From Cyanophora paradoxa CCMP329 (Eukaryota; Plantae; Glaucophyta), in assembly GCA_004431415.1 (NCBI GenBank), contig QPMI01000508.1, forward strand, positions 109,429 through 173,428: 64,000 nt of DNA, read 5' to 3'. How positions within the stretch are numbered: the stretch's first letter is position 1; every line of letters begins with the position of its first letter. A model generated the notes under the pieces. That model was not told where the DNA came from. It saw nothing but the letters and a program-made list of their open reading frames with translations, and searched no databases. This document shows, piece after piece, positions 46,018 through 56,900 of the stretch. Both the position numbers and the translations under genes were made by a program.

Positions 46018-46209
46018 ATGGATTATTTTGATGAAATTCGGCAGCAGCTTGTCGAAAAGAATGATATTGCAGAGGTGGCGGATTATATTGCAAAGATCAG
46101 AGCAGGTTATGGTAGAACCTATCAAAAGAAGCGTGTTTATGCAAGCAGACTCGACACAGTGAATGTATATGTCCCCAAAGGCACGAATGTGCGAATTATC
46201 AGAACCTGA
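46018..46209 (+). CDS. Small hypothetical viral protein
   Basis: 63-aa ATG ORF filling the gap before polB. Confidence 0.45.
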   Translation: MDYFDEIRQQLVEKNDIAEVADYIAKIRAGYGRTYQKKRVYASRLDTVNVYVPKGTNVRIIRT

Positions 46210-46265
46210 AAAATGCGAAATGCGTTTAAAACGCCCAAAAATAATATGTTCCCTTAAAGTAAAAG

Positions 46266-49200
46266 ATGCCCCGCCAATCAAATAGAATCATCAAAGAAAA
46301 GAAAAACGAAATACTCGGTCTTTTAGGAACCCTTTTAGTTACTGGTGATATTACAGAATTCGAATATGATCGCCAGGCAGCAATCCTGGATAGGAGACCA
46401 AGATTATCTCAACTCACAGAAATTACTAATCGCCTCTATGATCGTTTTGAGAAGATGGAGGAATTCAGGGATGAAGGTTTAAGGTTGGGAACAATTGAAC
46501 CCGAGATTGAAGATGGGGAAGCAATGAACAAAGCATACTCTTGGTTAACCTATCGAGCAAGAGGGAGGTTATCCAAGATGGGATTGAATTCTTGGAGAGA
46601 ATTGCACCCACTCTACCTCAGAGACTCAGACAGAAACTCCAAGACCTGAGAGCAATTAAGACTCGGTTGACCTTCATTTGTAAGTTCACCAAAGTGAGTG
46701 ATCCAAGGGTGTGGATCACCAAGTTCATTTATAGTGATTACTTTGTCATCACAAGATCTCGAAATATTGATGTTGAACTGCGAAATGCACTTCAAGCAAT
46801 GCAGGAACAGATGATGCAGGTGGACAGTTACAGACTGGATCGCATCGAGATGCTGAGAGTGGTTATAATGTCTTATGCTCCTGTGGGTGGTTGCTTCTTC
46901 TCAACACCTGAGTGGATTGGATTAAAGAGAGCAACTGTGAATGTCAAGAATATTGATGGTCAAGACTGCTTCAAGTATGCAATCTTGGCTTACCTGCACC
47001 GAAAGGACATCAATAAACACAAGAGCAATGAACCCAGCCAGTATAGAAGATGGTTAAACGAACTCAATTTCGAAGGCATCCAGTTTCCAGTTGCCTGTGA
47101 TGCAGAAATCATTGATCGATTTGAGGAGCAGAACCCTGAACTGAGTATCAACATTTATGGTGCAGATAATCAAGCACAGTGTTTCTATCCTCTCCATCAA
47201 TCCTGCAACCCGAGGAGAAAGACCAAGATTAACCTTTTATTAATCGAAAACGAAGAGGATGATAGAGGACATTATATCACCATTATGTCTCTGAGTCGAC
47301 TCCTGAAAACCACCTTTGATAAAGCCCATGATGGTCGCATTTATTATTGTGAGACCTGCCTGTCTCGTTTCAGAACTCAGGAGAAGCTGGACATTCACTT
47401 AGAAGCCAATCGCTGCATTGATTGGAGGAGAGCAAAGGTAAATGCCCGAAATCTGGAAGTCACATTGCATTTGGGCTTCAACACCTTCGCAAAACTGTGT
47501 GGCTTCCCACTATCTGCTATGTAAAAATGGATAGTCACTCGGTTCCAATTGATGAGAACCGCAGTAAAAGAGCGGTCAAATCGGTTTCTTTAACAGTTGT
47601 GATGGGGATGAGGTGATCTCTCATTATTTCGAGGATCAGATCCACTTGGTGCTCTGTTTACCACTCTCACAGAGATCAGACCCCAAGTAATCCGCACTCT
47701 ATTCACCAATATTCCAATGCACCCACTCACAGAAGAGCAGAAAGCACAATACAAGATCACTAAACACTGTTATATCTGTGCTGAACGATTTACCCATGAG
47801 AATTTCCCAGTAAGAGACCATTGTCATCAATCAGGAGCTTTTATTGGAAAAGCATGCCGAAACTGCAACCTCCACAGGAGAATCTCAAAGCAAACGAAAG
47901 TAGCAATTGTGGTGGATCACATGGATGAATGTGGACACGAAATATTCCGCAAAATTGCACAGCAAGATGATAAACTTCGTGTTGAGATTCTGAGCAAGAA
48001 TTTCGATCAATACCTCTCTCTGCAATGGGGCATGTGGAAATTCATAGATGCTTCGCACTTCATGGACTTCCAGGCAGTGGATTCTGGTGATCTTATGAGT
48101 AAATTCCAGACTTTCCGAGAATTGGCGTTTTCCCAATATGGATTGGATCCTGCCCACTATGTTTCGGCTCCTGGATTATCCTGGGATGCAATGCTCATTT
48201 ATACCAGAGCAAAGATCGAGCAGATCAGTGATGTAGGGCAATACGAATTCATTGAGAGAGCAATTCGAGGTGGGTTTGCTACAATGCCTACTCGATATGC
48301 AAAGGTGGAAAACCCAGATGACCATATAGTTCTCTTGGATGCAAATAATCTGTATGGTTTTGCTCTCAGTCAAGAACTGCCCATTGGAGATTTTCGATGG
48401 GAAGATGTCTCAGAGGCACTTAAAGAGACCCAAGGACGAAGTGCCTTTATTGAAGTTGACCTGGAATACCCACAAACTCTCACAGATCATTACGATTTTC
48501 CACTTGTAGTTAATAAAGAACATGTCACCACCGAAATGCTGGGTGGGTATCAAAGAAAGTTACTGGATATCACAGGTGAGAAGATAAGCAAAGACCCCAA
48601 ACTCACTGCAACATTCTCACCAAAAATAACTATGTGATTTCCCAACCTCTCTTGATCTATCTTGTGAGCAAAGGTATTATAATCACGAAGGTTCACAGGG
48701 TTCTCTCATTTGCAACCTCTGCATTCATGAAGAGTTATATTGATCTAAATACGAAACTGAGGCGCCAATCTATGTCCAGATTCGAGAGTGACTTCTTTAA
48801 ATTAATGAACAATGCAATCTATGGTAAATGCCTCGAATCATGCAGGGGTCGCTCTGTGGTAAAGATTGCAAACAGTGAGAAACTTTGCAAGAAATATGCT
48901 GCAAGTCCACTCATCAAGGCAACCAATGTATTAAACGAAAATGCTGTTGCCTTTGAGATGTATTCCAAGCATGTTCACTTAGATAAACCTGTTGCAATTG
49001 GTGCTTTTGTGCTGGATTTCGCGAAACTCCACAATAGCAGGTTCTTTTATGATGTGGTGAGGAGAACTTGGGAAACAGCAGAGCTACTATTCCATGATAC
49101 AGATTCTTTCTGTCTCCTGCTGCATACCAATGATCTAAATAATGAGATGAAGCGAATTGCTGGACACCTGGATTGCAGTAATTATGATCCCACCCACCCT

Positions 49201-49542
49201 CTCTTTGATAGGAGCAATCGTTTGATTCCAGGTAAATATAAAAACGAGTTTCCAAATGCAAAGATTGTGGAGTATGTAGGTCTGAGATCGAAACTCTATG
49301 CTTTCAGAACTGAGACCTTTGATAAAATAAAGATGTCTGGGACTTCCTCCAAAGAGGTTCACTTTGATGATTTCAAGAGATGCCTGTTTGAAGGCATCAC
49401 CAAAACAGTAGCAGTAGTAAACAAGCGAAGGCAAGACCACAACCTATATGATTTGGAGAGCAGAAGGGTGGCTCTAAACCAACTCGATAGCAAAAGGAAG
49501 ATATTAGACGATGGAATTCACAGCATTCCATTTGGGCTCTAA
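46266..49542 (+). CDS. polB: Protein-primed-type family B DNA polymerase (Maverick/adintovirus-like), split by five single-base frameshifts, exonuclease motifs degenerate
   Basis: CFKYAIL, FEEQNPELSINIY, RDHCHQSG...ACRNCNL, YGLDPAHYVSAPGLSWDAML, IRGG, motif A DANNLYG, motif B KLMNNAIYGK, motif C DTDS, GLRSKLY. Confidence 0.88.
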
Positions 49543-49707
49543 TCTACTTCATCAATCTTTCTTTTTCTTTGGTTTCGCTCTCCAAGAAGTAATAAACCGC
49601 GAATTAAATGCAGCAGCCATATACATCTTAATCCTGGATCATTGGGCTCAATTGCAAAGTAGTTTGGAATTGTGTTCTCCTTCCACACAGACTCTTGCAT
49701 TTATTAT

Positions 49708-51126
49708 ATGAGAGATAAGGTAAAGATGCCTTCTACACAAATAGGATTGAGACAACCACCCAGAATTGTAAGAAAAGAGGCAATTGAAGATCGAGGGAAT
49801 ATCCTGCCCATCACAGTTCCAGTGGAGGAGAAGAGCAGTCGAATATTGAAAAGATCAGAGATGGTCAAGCAATTAATCCCAGAGACCCTCCCAGCTGAGA
49901 CAGCACCAAAAGAGTCGAAGATTGCTAAGAAGTTCTATGATCCCAGGACAGGCTACAAGGGATTTACTGCAATGAGACAGGAACTACCAGAGGAGAACTA
50001 CAAGAAGATGAGAGAGTGGTATGATAAGCAGGAGGTCGTCCAGATTAATGCACCCACCCTATCTCGAAAGAGAGATCCCATGATTCCAATAAGGCAACCC
50101 CTTGATACCTATGTGATTGATCTGCTCTTCTTTCCTGCATACAAAAAGCAGAATGATGGTTATGATACATTTATGAGTGCAATGGAGTCAACCCTGAGAA
50201 CAGGGTTCATAATTCCAATGAGAGACAAGAGTGCTCTTACTACACTTGCAGCATTCAAGCAACTTGAACAGAGAGTCCCCAGACCAATTGTTCGCATTCA
50301 GAGTGACAGTGGAAGCGAATTTACCAATGTGTTGTTCACAGATTATTTGGGAACAAAATTCATTGAGCATCAACTAAGTGATGTTGCAGATCACAGAACC
50401 CAAGGTCGAATTGAAGCCTTTAACAGACAGATCAAGAGATTGATCACAAACTACTGCATTGCAAATAATACTGCACGATTTTTTGATGTGTTGGGTGATA
50501 TTGAGTATAATTATAATAATACCATTCACTCTGCAACCAAGAGAAAACCAGCAGAGACCACAGAAGCCCACTACAAAGAGATTGTGAATATGGAGGATCA
50601 GAGATTCAAGAAATCGATTGAGTATCTTGATGCCCTGAAACCTGGAATGTTTGTGAGAGTGAAAGTTGAAAAGAATCCATTTGCAAAGCAAGGGGTTAAT
50701 TGGTCTCGAATTGTTTATAGTGTGGAGGGCAGAGAGGGCTTCAAGTTCAGAATCAGAAGTCCCAGTGGTGAGATAGTTGATGGTAGATTCGCTTTTCATG
50801 AACTGCTGCCCATTAAAGGTGTTGAGTATCATGAAACTCCCACAGTGGATGCTCTTGAACAGGCAAAGGAGGAAGCCAGGGTTGATTCAGCAATCAGAAA
50901 GGAGGGCATAGAAAAAGCAAGTGAAATACCAAAAGAACCCCTCACAGAAGCAAGAGCACAAAAGAAGGGTAGAGTAGAGAAAGAATTAAAGAAGTTGACC
51001 ATAGCAGGAACCCAGAAATTATCAGAAGTCAACAGTCAGAGGTGGTATAATGACTTTTCAACCACCAAAGAAACATATACTGCACCCCAAACTCGATTCA
51101 ATCTACGAAGAGGGCAGAGGAAATAG
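49708..51126 (+). CDS. Retroviral-like (rve) DDE integrase of Polinton type
   Basis: VIDLL (D), IQSDSGSEF (D), GRIEAFNRQIK (E), YNNTIHSAT...P, SH3-like G..VRV...NWS; no chromodomain seen. Confidence 0.92.
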   Translation: MRDKVKMPSTQIGLRQPPRIVRKEAIEDRGNILPITVPVEEKSSRILKRSEMVKQLIPETLPAETAPKESKIAKKFYDPRTGYKGFTAMRQELPEENYKKMREWYDKQEVVQINAPTLSRKRDPMIPIRQPLDTYVIDLLFFPAYKKQNDGYDTFMSAMESTLRTGFIIPMRDKSALTTLAAFKQLEQRVPRPIVRIQSDSGSEFTNVLFTDYLGTKFIEHQLSDVADHRTQGRIEAFNRQIKRLITNYCIANNTARFFDVLGDIEYNYNNTIHSATKRKPAETTEAHYKEIVNMEDQRFKKSIEYLDALKPGMFVRVKVEKNPFAKQGVNWSRIVYSVEGREGFKFRIRSPSGEIVDGRFAFHELLPIKGVEYHETPTVDALEQAKEEARVDSAIRKEGIEKASEIPKEPLTEARAQKKGRVEKELKKLTIAGTQKLSEVNSQRWYNDFSTTKETYTAPQTRFNLRRGQRK

Positions 51127-51127
51127 A

Positions 51128-51370
51128 TTAACAACGCTTTCGGAATCTCTTAGACCTCTGGCGAATTTTCCTCATTTGTCTATCTTTTTCAATAATTTCC
51201 AAGAAGAAAGTTTCAAGGTTTGAGACCAGTTGGTAATTATAAACAAAGAACAGTCTCACATGCTCTGGCTGTGACATGAAGAAATTGTAATAGAAAGCAG
51301 TCTTGAAATCATGGATCCAGTCTGACTGGGCAGCATGGATGATAGCAGGGTCTTGGTAGATGGGATCCAT
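51128..51370 (-). CDS. Small hypothetical viral protein with a basic C-terminus
   Basis: 80 aa from ATG 51370, convergent with the integrase. Confidence 0.5.
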   Translation of the reverse strand: MDPIYQDPAIIHAAQSDWIHDFKTAFYYNFFMSQPEHVRLFFVYNYQLVSNLETFFLEIIEKDRQMRKIRQRSKRFRKRC

Positions 51371-51530
51371 AGCAGAAGTTGGGAGAATCCAGAAACTCCT
51401 TGTCAATTTTTTATTTTGTAAGTGCCCGATCACGACGAATCCTGATTGGCGCTATCGTGGCGATTCCGAATCTGTTTTCAGATTTAAAAACGGAGCACCT
51501 GGTAATAAAATACATATGTATGACCGATAT

Positions 51531-51663
51531 TGAAGTTTCGGTGAAGTTTCGGTGAAGTTTCGGTGAAGTTTCGGTGAAGTTTCGGTGAAGTTTCGGAAAA
51601 GTTTCGGTGAAGTTTCGGTGAAGTTTCGGTGAAGTTTCGGTGGAGTTTCGGTGAAGTTTCGGT
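51531..51663 (+). repeat. 12 x 11-bp tandem repeat (TGAAGTTTCGG)
   Basis: Read directly; two variant units. Confidence 0.95.
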
Positions 51664-51689
51664 CAATCGGATAATTCTATGAATCGCAA

Positions 51690-51941
51690 AATGGTTGCGC
51701 GTCATCGCAACCATCATCGCAACCATGGTTGCATCATCGCAACCATCATCGCAACCATGGTTGCATCATCGCAACCAGGTTGCGCAACCACTCAATGGGA
51801 AAAACATTGGTTGCGCAACCACTCAATCGGAAAAAAATTGGTTGCGCAACCTGGTTGCGCAACCAGCGCAACCATGGTTGCATCATGGTTGCATCATATC
51901 GCAACCATGGTTGCATCATCGCAACCAGGTTGCGCAACCAT
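51690..51941. repeat. Array of palindromic GCAACC/GGTTGC modules
   Basis: Repeated gcaaccatggttgc and ggttgcgcaacc palindromes. Confidence 0.9.
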
Positions 51942-52391
51942 TATGACGTCATGACATCACTTGTTTCATCATATATATATATACCATACATTTCGTGTGA
52001 CACTGAGCCCCCCGAGTTGGCGACCGACCAATCCGCGATTTTGTGGTCAAAATGTATATATGCGCATATATACTTGACGGTTCGCGTTACTACTGTCGGC
52101 ATCGCCTAACGTTCCCACTGTGGGGCTGTCGGCATCTTCAAACGCTTGTATCTCACCACCAGATCATCAGATCGCGACCGTCGACATAGCGCTGGAAAGC
52201 GCTTAAAAAGACCTACACGATGGTGTAGGTATCAAGTATATATACGTATATATTTCATACATATATTTCGAAAAAACGATTTATCGGCTACTTTCTAATG
52301 TAAGGAACATACAGTAAAATAATGCAAAATACAGTAGCTACTGTAAAAAAAGCCATAATCTGGTGCACCATACATCAGAAGTCCTGATGTA

Positions 52392-53932
52392 TCATACACT
52401 TCGAATAAATGCACCTGTGACATCCACTCTCATAGTTGGGGTGTTGATGTATACAAGTGGATAAATTCGAATATACCTTGTCCTCAGAGGGTAGCCAATA
52501 TAGAAAACGTCTCTAATAGAGGTGGGATACCCAGAACTGTATGAGACATCACCACTGTTGTGGGCATTATTAATAGTTTCACACATAAACACTCTGTTGA
52601 CACCTTCATACTTGATAAATGACCAGGAAACACCATCTTGTGATGTTGCAACATTGAAGGTCTTAATAAAAGCGTTTGTTACACCAGAACCATATGCAAT
52701 TATAGATGCAACCTCAAATATGTATGGGAAGGTTACTTGGAGATACTCAGTGGGAACACTCCATATCCCATCAGGAGCAGATGCATTTGCTTCCCAACCT
52801 GTCAAGGAAGGTCTTGCTTTAAATGCCTCCCTTCCAATTTTTGATGATGAAGCAGTGAATGCACCATCTGATAGAAGATACCAGTTAGCATCAATGGGAG
52901 GTATGTTATTCAGAGTGGATGATATATAGAACCTTGCAGGGTTCTTGATTTCGTAATTTGCAACCAGTAAATCACAGAGTCTATCAATCATCACAGTGTT
53001 TGCTGCTATATATATTTCGGTTGCATCTATCATATCTGGTATTTTAGAGGTATCATCCAAAGAGTTTACTATGGTCTTTGGAAGTGGAACAGAGAGTCTA
53101 TAATATCTTGCATATCCTTGATCATCATTGTATGGGAGAAACTCTTGCATCTTTTCCAGAGCAGACAGTTCACTTGCAGCCATCAACATATTGATTAATG
53201 GACTTCCAGAGGTCGAAGCAATCCAAGAGAGGATGCCCCAGCTGTTCACATCTTCATAAGAGTAACCCACATTTGGAGCATCTGTTTCATTGACTTCACC
53301 ACAGGATATACTTATCACTATAATATCATCATCATCATCATAGATCTTCTTAGCATGACTGTAACCACAGACACTGGGATTGTTGTTACCTGAGATTGCA
53401 CCATCAATTAGAGACATCCCATCATAGTTCACAGGTGAGAAATATGTTGGAGCAGCAGAGGTGGATCTTGCAGCAATCTTGCTGGGGATGGATTTGTAGG
53501 AGTTATCATTGGTGATAAAAATGGGCTTCATACTCACAGTGTCAAAACTTGTGATCACTACATCTTTGAGAGAGTCTTGAATGAGAGACTCACCAGTAAC
53601 AGTGAGAATGGCTGTCTCCAATGGGGTCACATCATACTTGGTGTTGAAAAGTGCATTATCAATAATATTTCTGGGATTTGCAAAGATTAAGGGGAGTTGA
53701 TTGAGATAAGTGGAATGCAAATCGGTTGCAGTAAGTTTAGGTTCGTTTGGAAATTCGGGATTTTTCACATTGAGACCAATCGCAATTATCCCACCAGTGG
53801 ATGTTCCACTCACCAGATCAACAAGGTCAATTACTCTTTTTCCTGTTCGAGTTTCGATTTCTTTTAACAATCTCGTAATAATTATACCACGAGCTCCCCA
53901 CCTGATAATGAGAGAATTACACGAAGGGGCAT
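52392..53932 (-). CDS. Patatin-like phospholipase fused to a C-terminal F5/8 type C (discoidin) domain; one-base frameshift near the 5' end
   Basis: Restoring one G at about 53897 gives MPLRVILSLSGGGARG; GTSTG nucleophile; SAAPTYF; IDGA; discoidin FTASS...EYLQVTF...SQDGVSW...RTRYIRIYP...MRVDVTG. Confidence 0.88.
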
Positions 53933-53981
53933 CTTTACTTAACTCAAATTTAATAAATCTCTATAAGTAGAGTAAACAGGG

Positions 53982-56900
53982 ATGAGTTTCAATTACCCAG
54001 CAAACCTTCAAACCATTCCCTCATCAGGAAGAGGGAAGGCAGATAACAAACATGTGAATTTCGATAACTTGACAGCCAGAGGGTCAATCTCAATTGATCA
54101 CAGTGCAGATGAACCCTCAAAGACTCACCCAAGAGAGCATGCACTTTCAATAAACGAAATGGATCCCGAAAAGGAGGATGTGAGTGTTGCTTTCAGCATG
54201 GGGAATGTGAAATCGAATCAAGTAGCCCAGATTAAAGCAACCAGGAGCAGACCAAGAAAACTGAAAACCAGTGGAACCCATCCAGATATTCCAACTCGAT
54301 TCGATAGTGGTAGGTTAATATTCAATGTTCAAAATGAGAAGGGTGGGCATCAGAGTGGTTTGAGAATCTATAATGAAGGATCAAATGCAATTGCACAAAT
54401 TCCCGAAATATTACAGATAGCCCCCCATGGAGAAACCAACAAAATCGAGTTCACTAACAATGTTTATCCACGAGATATTGTGGCGAATTCGGCTTCTAAT
54501 GCGCAATTCGGTTTCCAACTACCAAGTGATACAGCAAAGAATAAGGCGTCTATCACTGTCAACAGTAGCCCCACTCAACCAGTAACAGTTCATTTACACC
54601 CAGACCTTGTCGAAATGGATAGGCACCTTTTACCTTTGGTGACAAACACCAAAGATCTTGGTATTAGAACCAGACAATGGCGAAATATCCATGGAAGCAA
54701 TGTCTATGCAAATGGAGAGAAACTTGTAAGTGAGAAGACCATAAGAGAGATCTTTGAGTATTATGGACCTGTCCCAGTTCCCTTCCCACTACCATGGGAT
54801 CCACCAGATTTAACACCCAAAAAGCAACCAGGAAGAGAATACACAGCAGATGAGACAGTTCCTTTTGGGCAACACATTGTTAGTTGGGAGCAAGTTCGCA
54901 ATAAACCTATAATTGAACCCAGAAAGCAAATTGATGAGCAATATTTACCTCCTGAAATTGATATTTTGGAGCTTGACGAATACCAATTCGTTCCAGATGA
55001 GGAGGAATACCTACCTGATGGTTTCGACCCACAAGAGTATGAATATGATCAATATGATCCCAATGAGGAAGAGTATTTACCAGATGGTTTAGATCCACAA
55101 GAGTATGAATATGAGCAGAATTATGAACCCCATGAGGAATATTTAGCAGATGGTCATGATCCACCAGCTGTTGACTATGAGCAACCTTATGAACCCCATG
55201 AAGAATTATTACCAGATGGATTTCGACCTGAGATTTGGGAATTCTTCCCAGATTGGGAGCAGATCAACAACAAACCAGCCAGATTTCCACCAGAGGATCA
55301 CAACCATGACTGGGATGAGATCTTAGGCAAACCTCAAAAGTATCCACCAGAGGATCACAGGCATGATTGGGGTGATCTGGATGGGATACCAGATAAGTTT
55401 GCAGCAAGCAACCATGAACACACCTGGGATGAGATCAATGACCAACCAGAATTCGCAAAAGTAGAGCCTCTTGCTACTCTGGGAGTTTCTCTTTACCAGA
55501 CTTGCAATGTCCCTGAAAGGATCTTTTTGAATCACCACTATGTTCATGTGGAAGGGACACTTGCAAATTCAGCTATGATAGGACCATTGCATATTAGAAC
55601 ATTACCAGGCTCTTATAATCCACCACCAGAACCAGGAGCAACCATACCAAATATCTTTGTGTCAAGCTACATGGAGGTTGACATACCCACAGATACTTTT
55701 AGAGTTCCAACAGACCCAGCAACCTACCAAAATTACAATGCAGCTATACAGGTTCATGTTGCAGATGTGAGCAGTCTGGATGGATCAAGACCAATGATAG
55801 TTTTCAGTCGAGATAAATACTCCTATATTCCCATAGTGGGAACTGCAAATGATAACTATGGGAGGGCAGAGCTTGCATGGATCAAAACAGATTATGGTGG
55901 GGTTCTCGAAGCCAATCAAAGAATGGCTGCAAAAAACATTCACAACGAAAATATATCGAGAGTGGTAACAGAAGATTATTTAGAAGATCAAGGATATATT
56001 GACGAAGGAGAACTAACGAATATTCTTTCTTTATTCGTGATTAAAAATGATACAAACCTTACAGTCACAAGTAACATTTACACCAGTAACATTTCAGCAA
56101 GTAACATTTGGACAAGTAACCTATGGGCAAGTAACCTATGGGCAGATGATATTTACACAAGTAATCTTACAGTGTATCGAAATATAACAATTGGAACACA
56201 AAATACTATACAAATACTTTATAGACCTTACTATGCTGTTACTACTGTCATTGATCCAGCCCCAATTATTCCAAATTGTATATTTGCATGGAAAGCATCA
56301 GGTCAACATGGTCAGTTGATATATTATCAAGGTCAGATATATAACAGAGTTACTACACAGATACCATATCTAACAAATTATTCGAATTGGGAAACTGTTT
56401 ATTATTATTTGAATGCAACCCTAAACAATCAAATTTCGATTGGGAAAGAATTAAACATGGCTTATAGGAATAGTGTTTCAATAGATTGGTCATTAGGTCT
56501 TACATTATTCTTTATAGGTAGGATCAATACTACAAATCCTTCTTATATGTTGAGTATAAGGGATAGTTCTTATCAAAATTGGATTGGATATGGTTGTAAA
56601 AATCAAAAGTTTGGTGTTTCACTACAAATTCAAAATGATATAGAAAATGCAACTCCTCCATTATTCGATGCATCATATATTTATAATTCGTGGAATTATT
56701 GGGATTTCACTGTTTCCTCAGAGCAAATTGTCGTAGGAATGGGTGGTATTGATATTGGAACATCATCGGGTGATTTTCTTCCACCTTCTAATTTTGCATC
56801 ATTTGGTTCTTCTGTTGCTAATGGAGATCTTGCCGAAATTATCGTTTTCAATCGTGCGTTATCTATTGAAGAAAAGAACGCGGTTAGATATTATATACAA

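Noticed and set aside
46266-49542. Programmed frameshifting or editing of polB
   Set aside because: No consistent slippery heptamers, and the same homopolymer-loss pattern occurs in unrelated elements, so sequencing error is simpler
51531-51941. ORFs over the internal repeat arrays (TETSPKLHRNF, ATMVASSQP)
   Set aside because: Translations of tandem DNA repeats, open in several frames; no coding evidence
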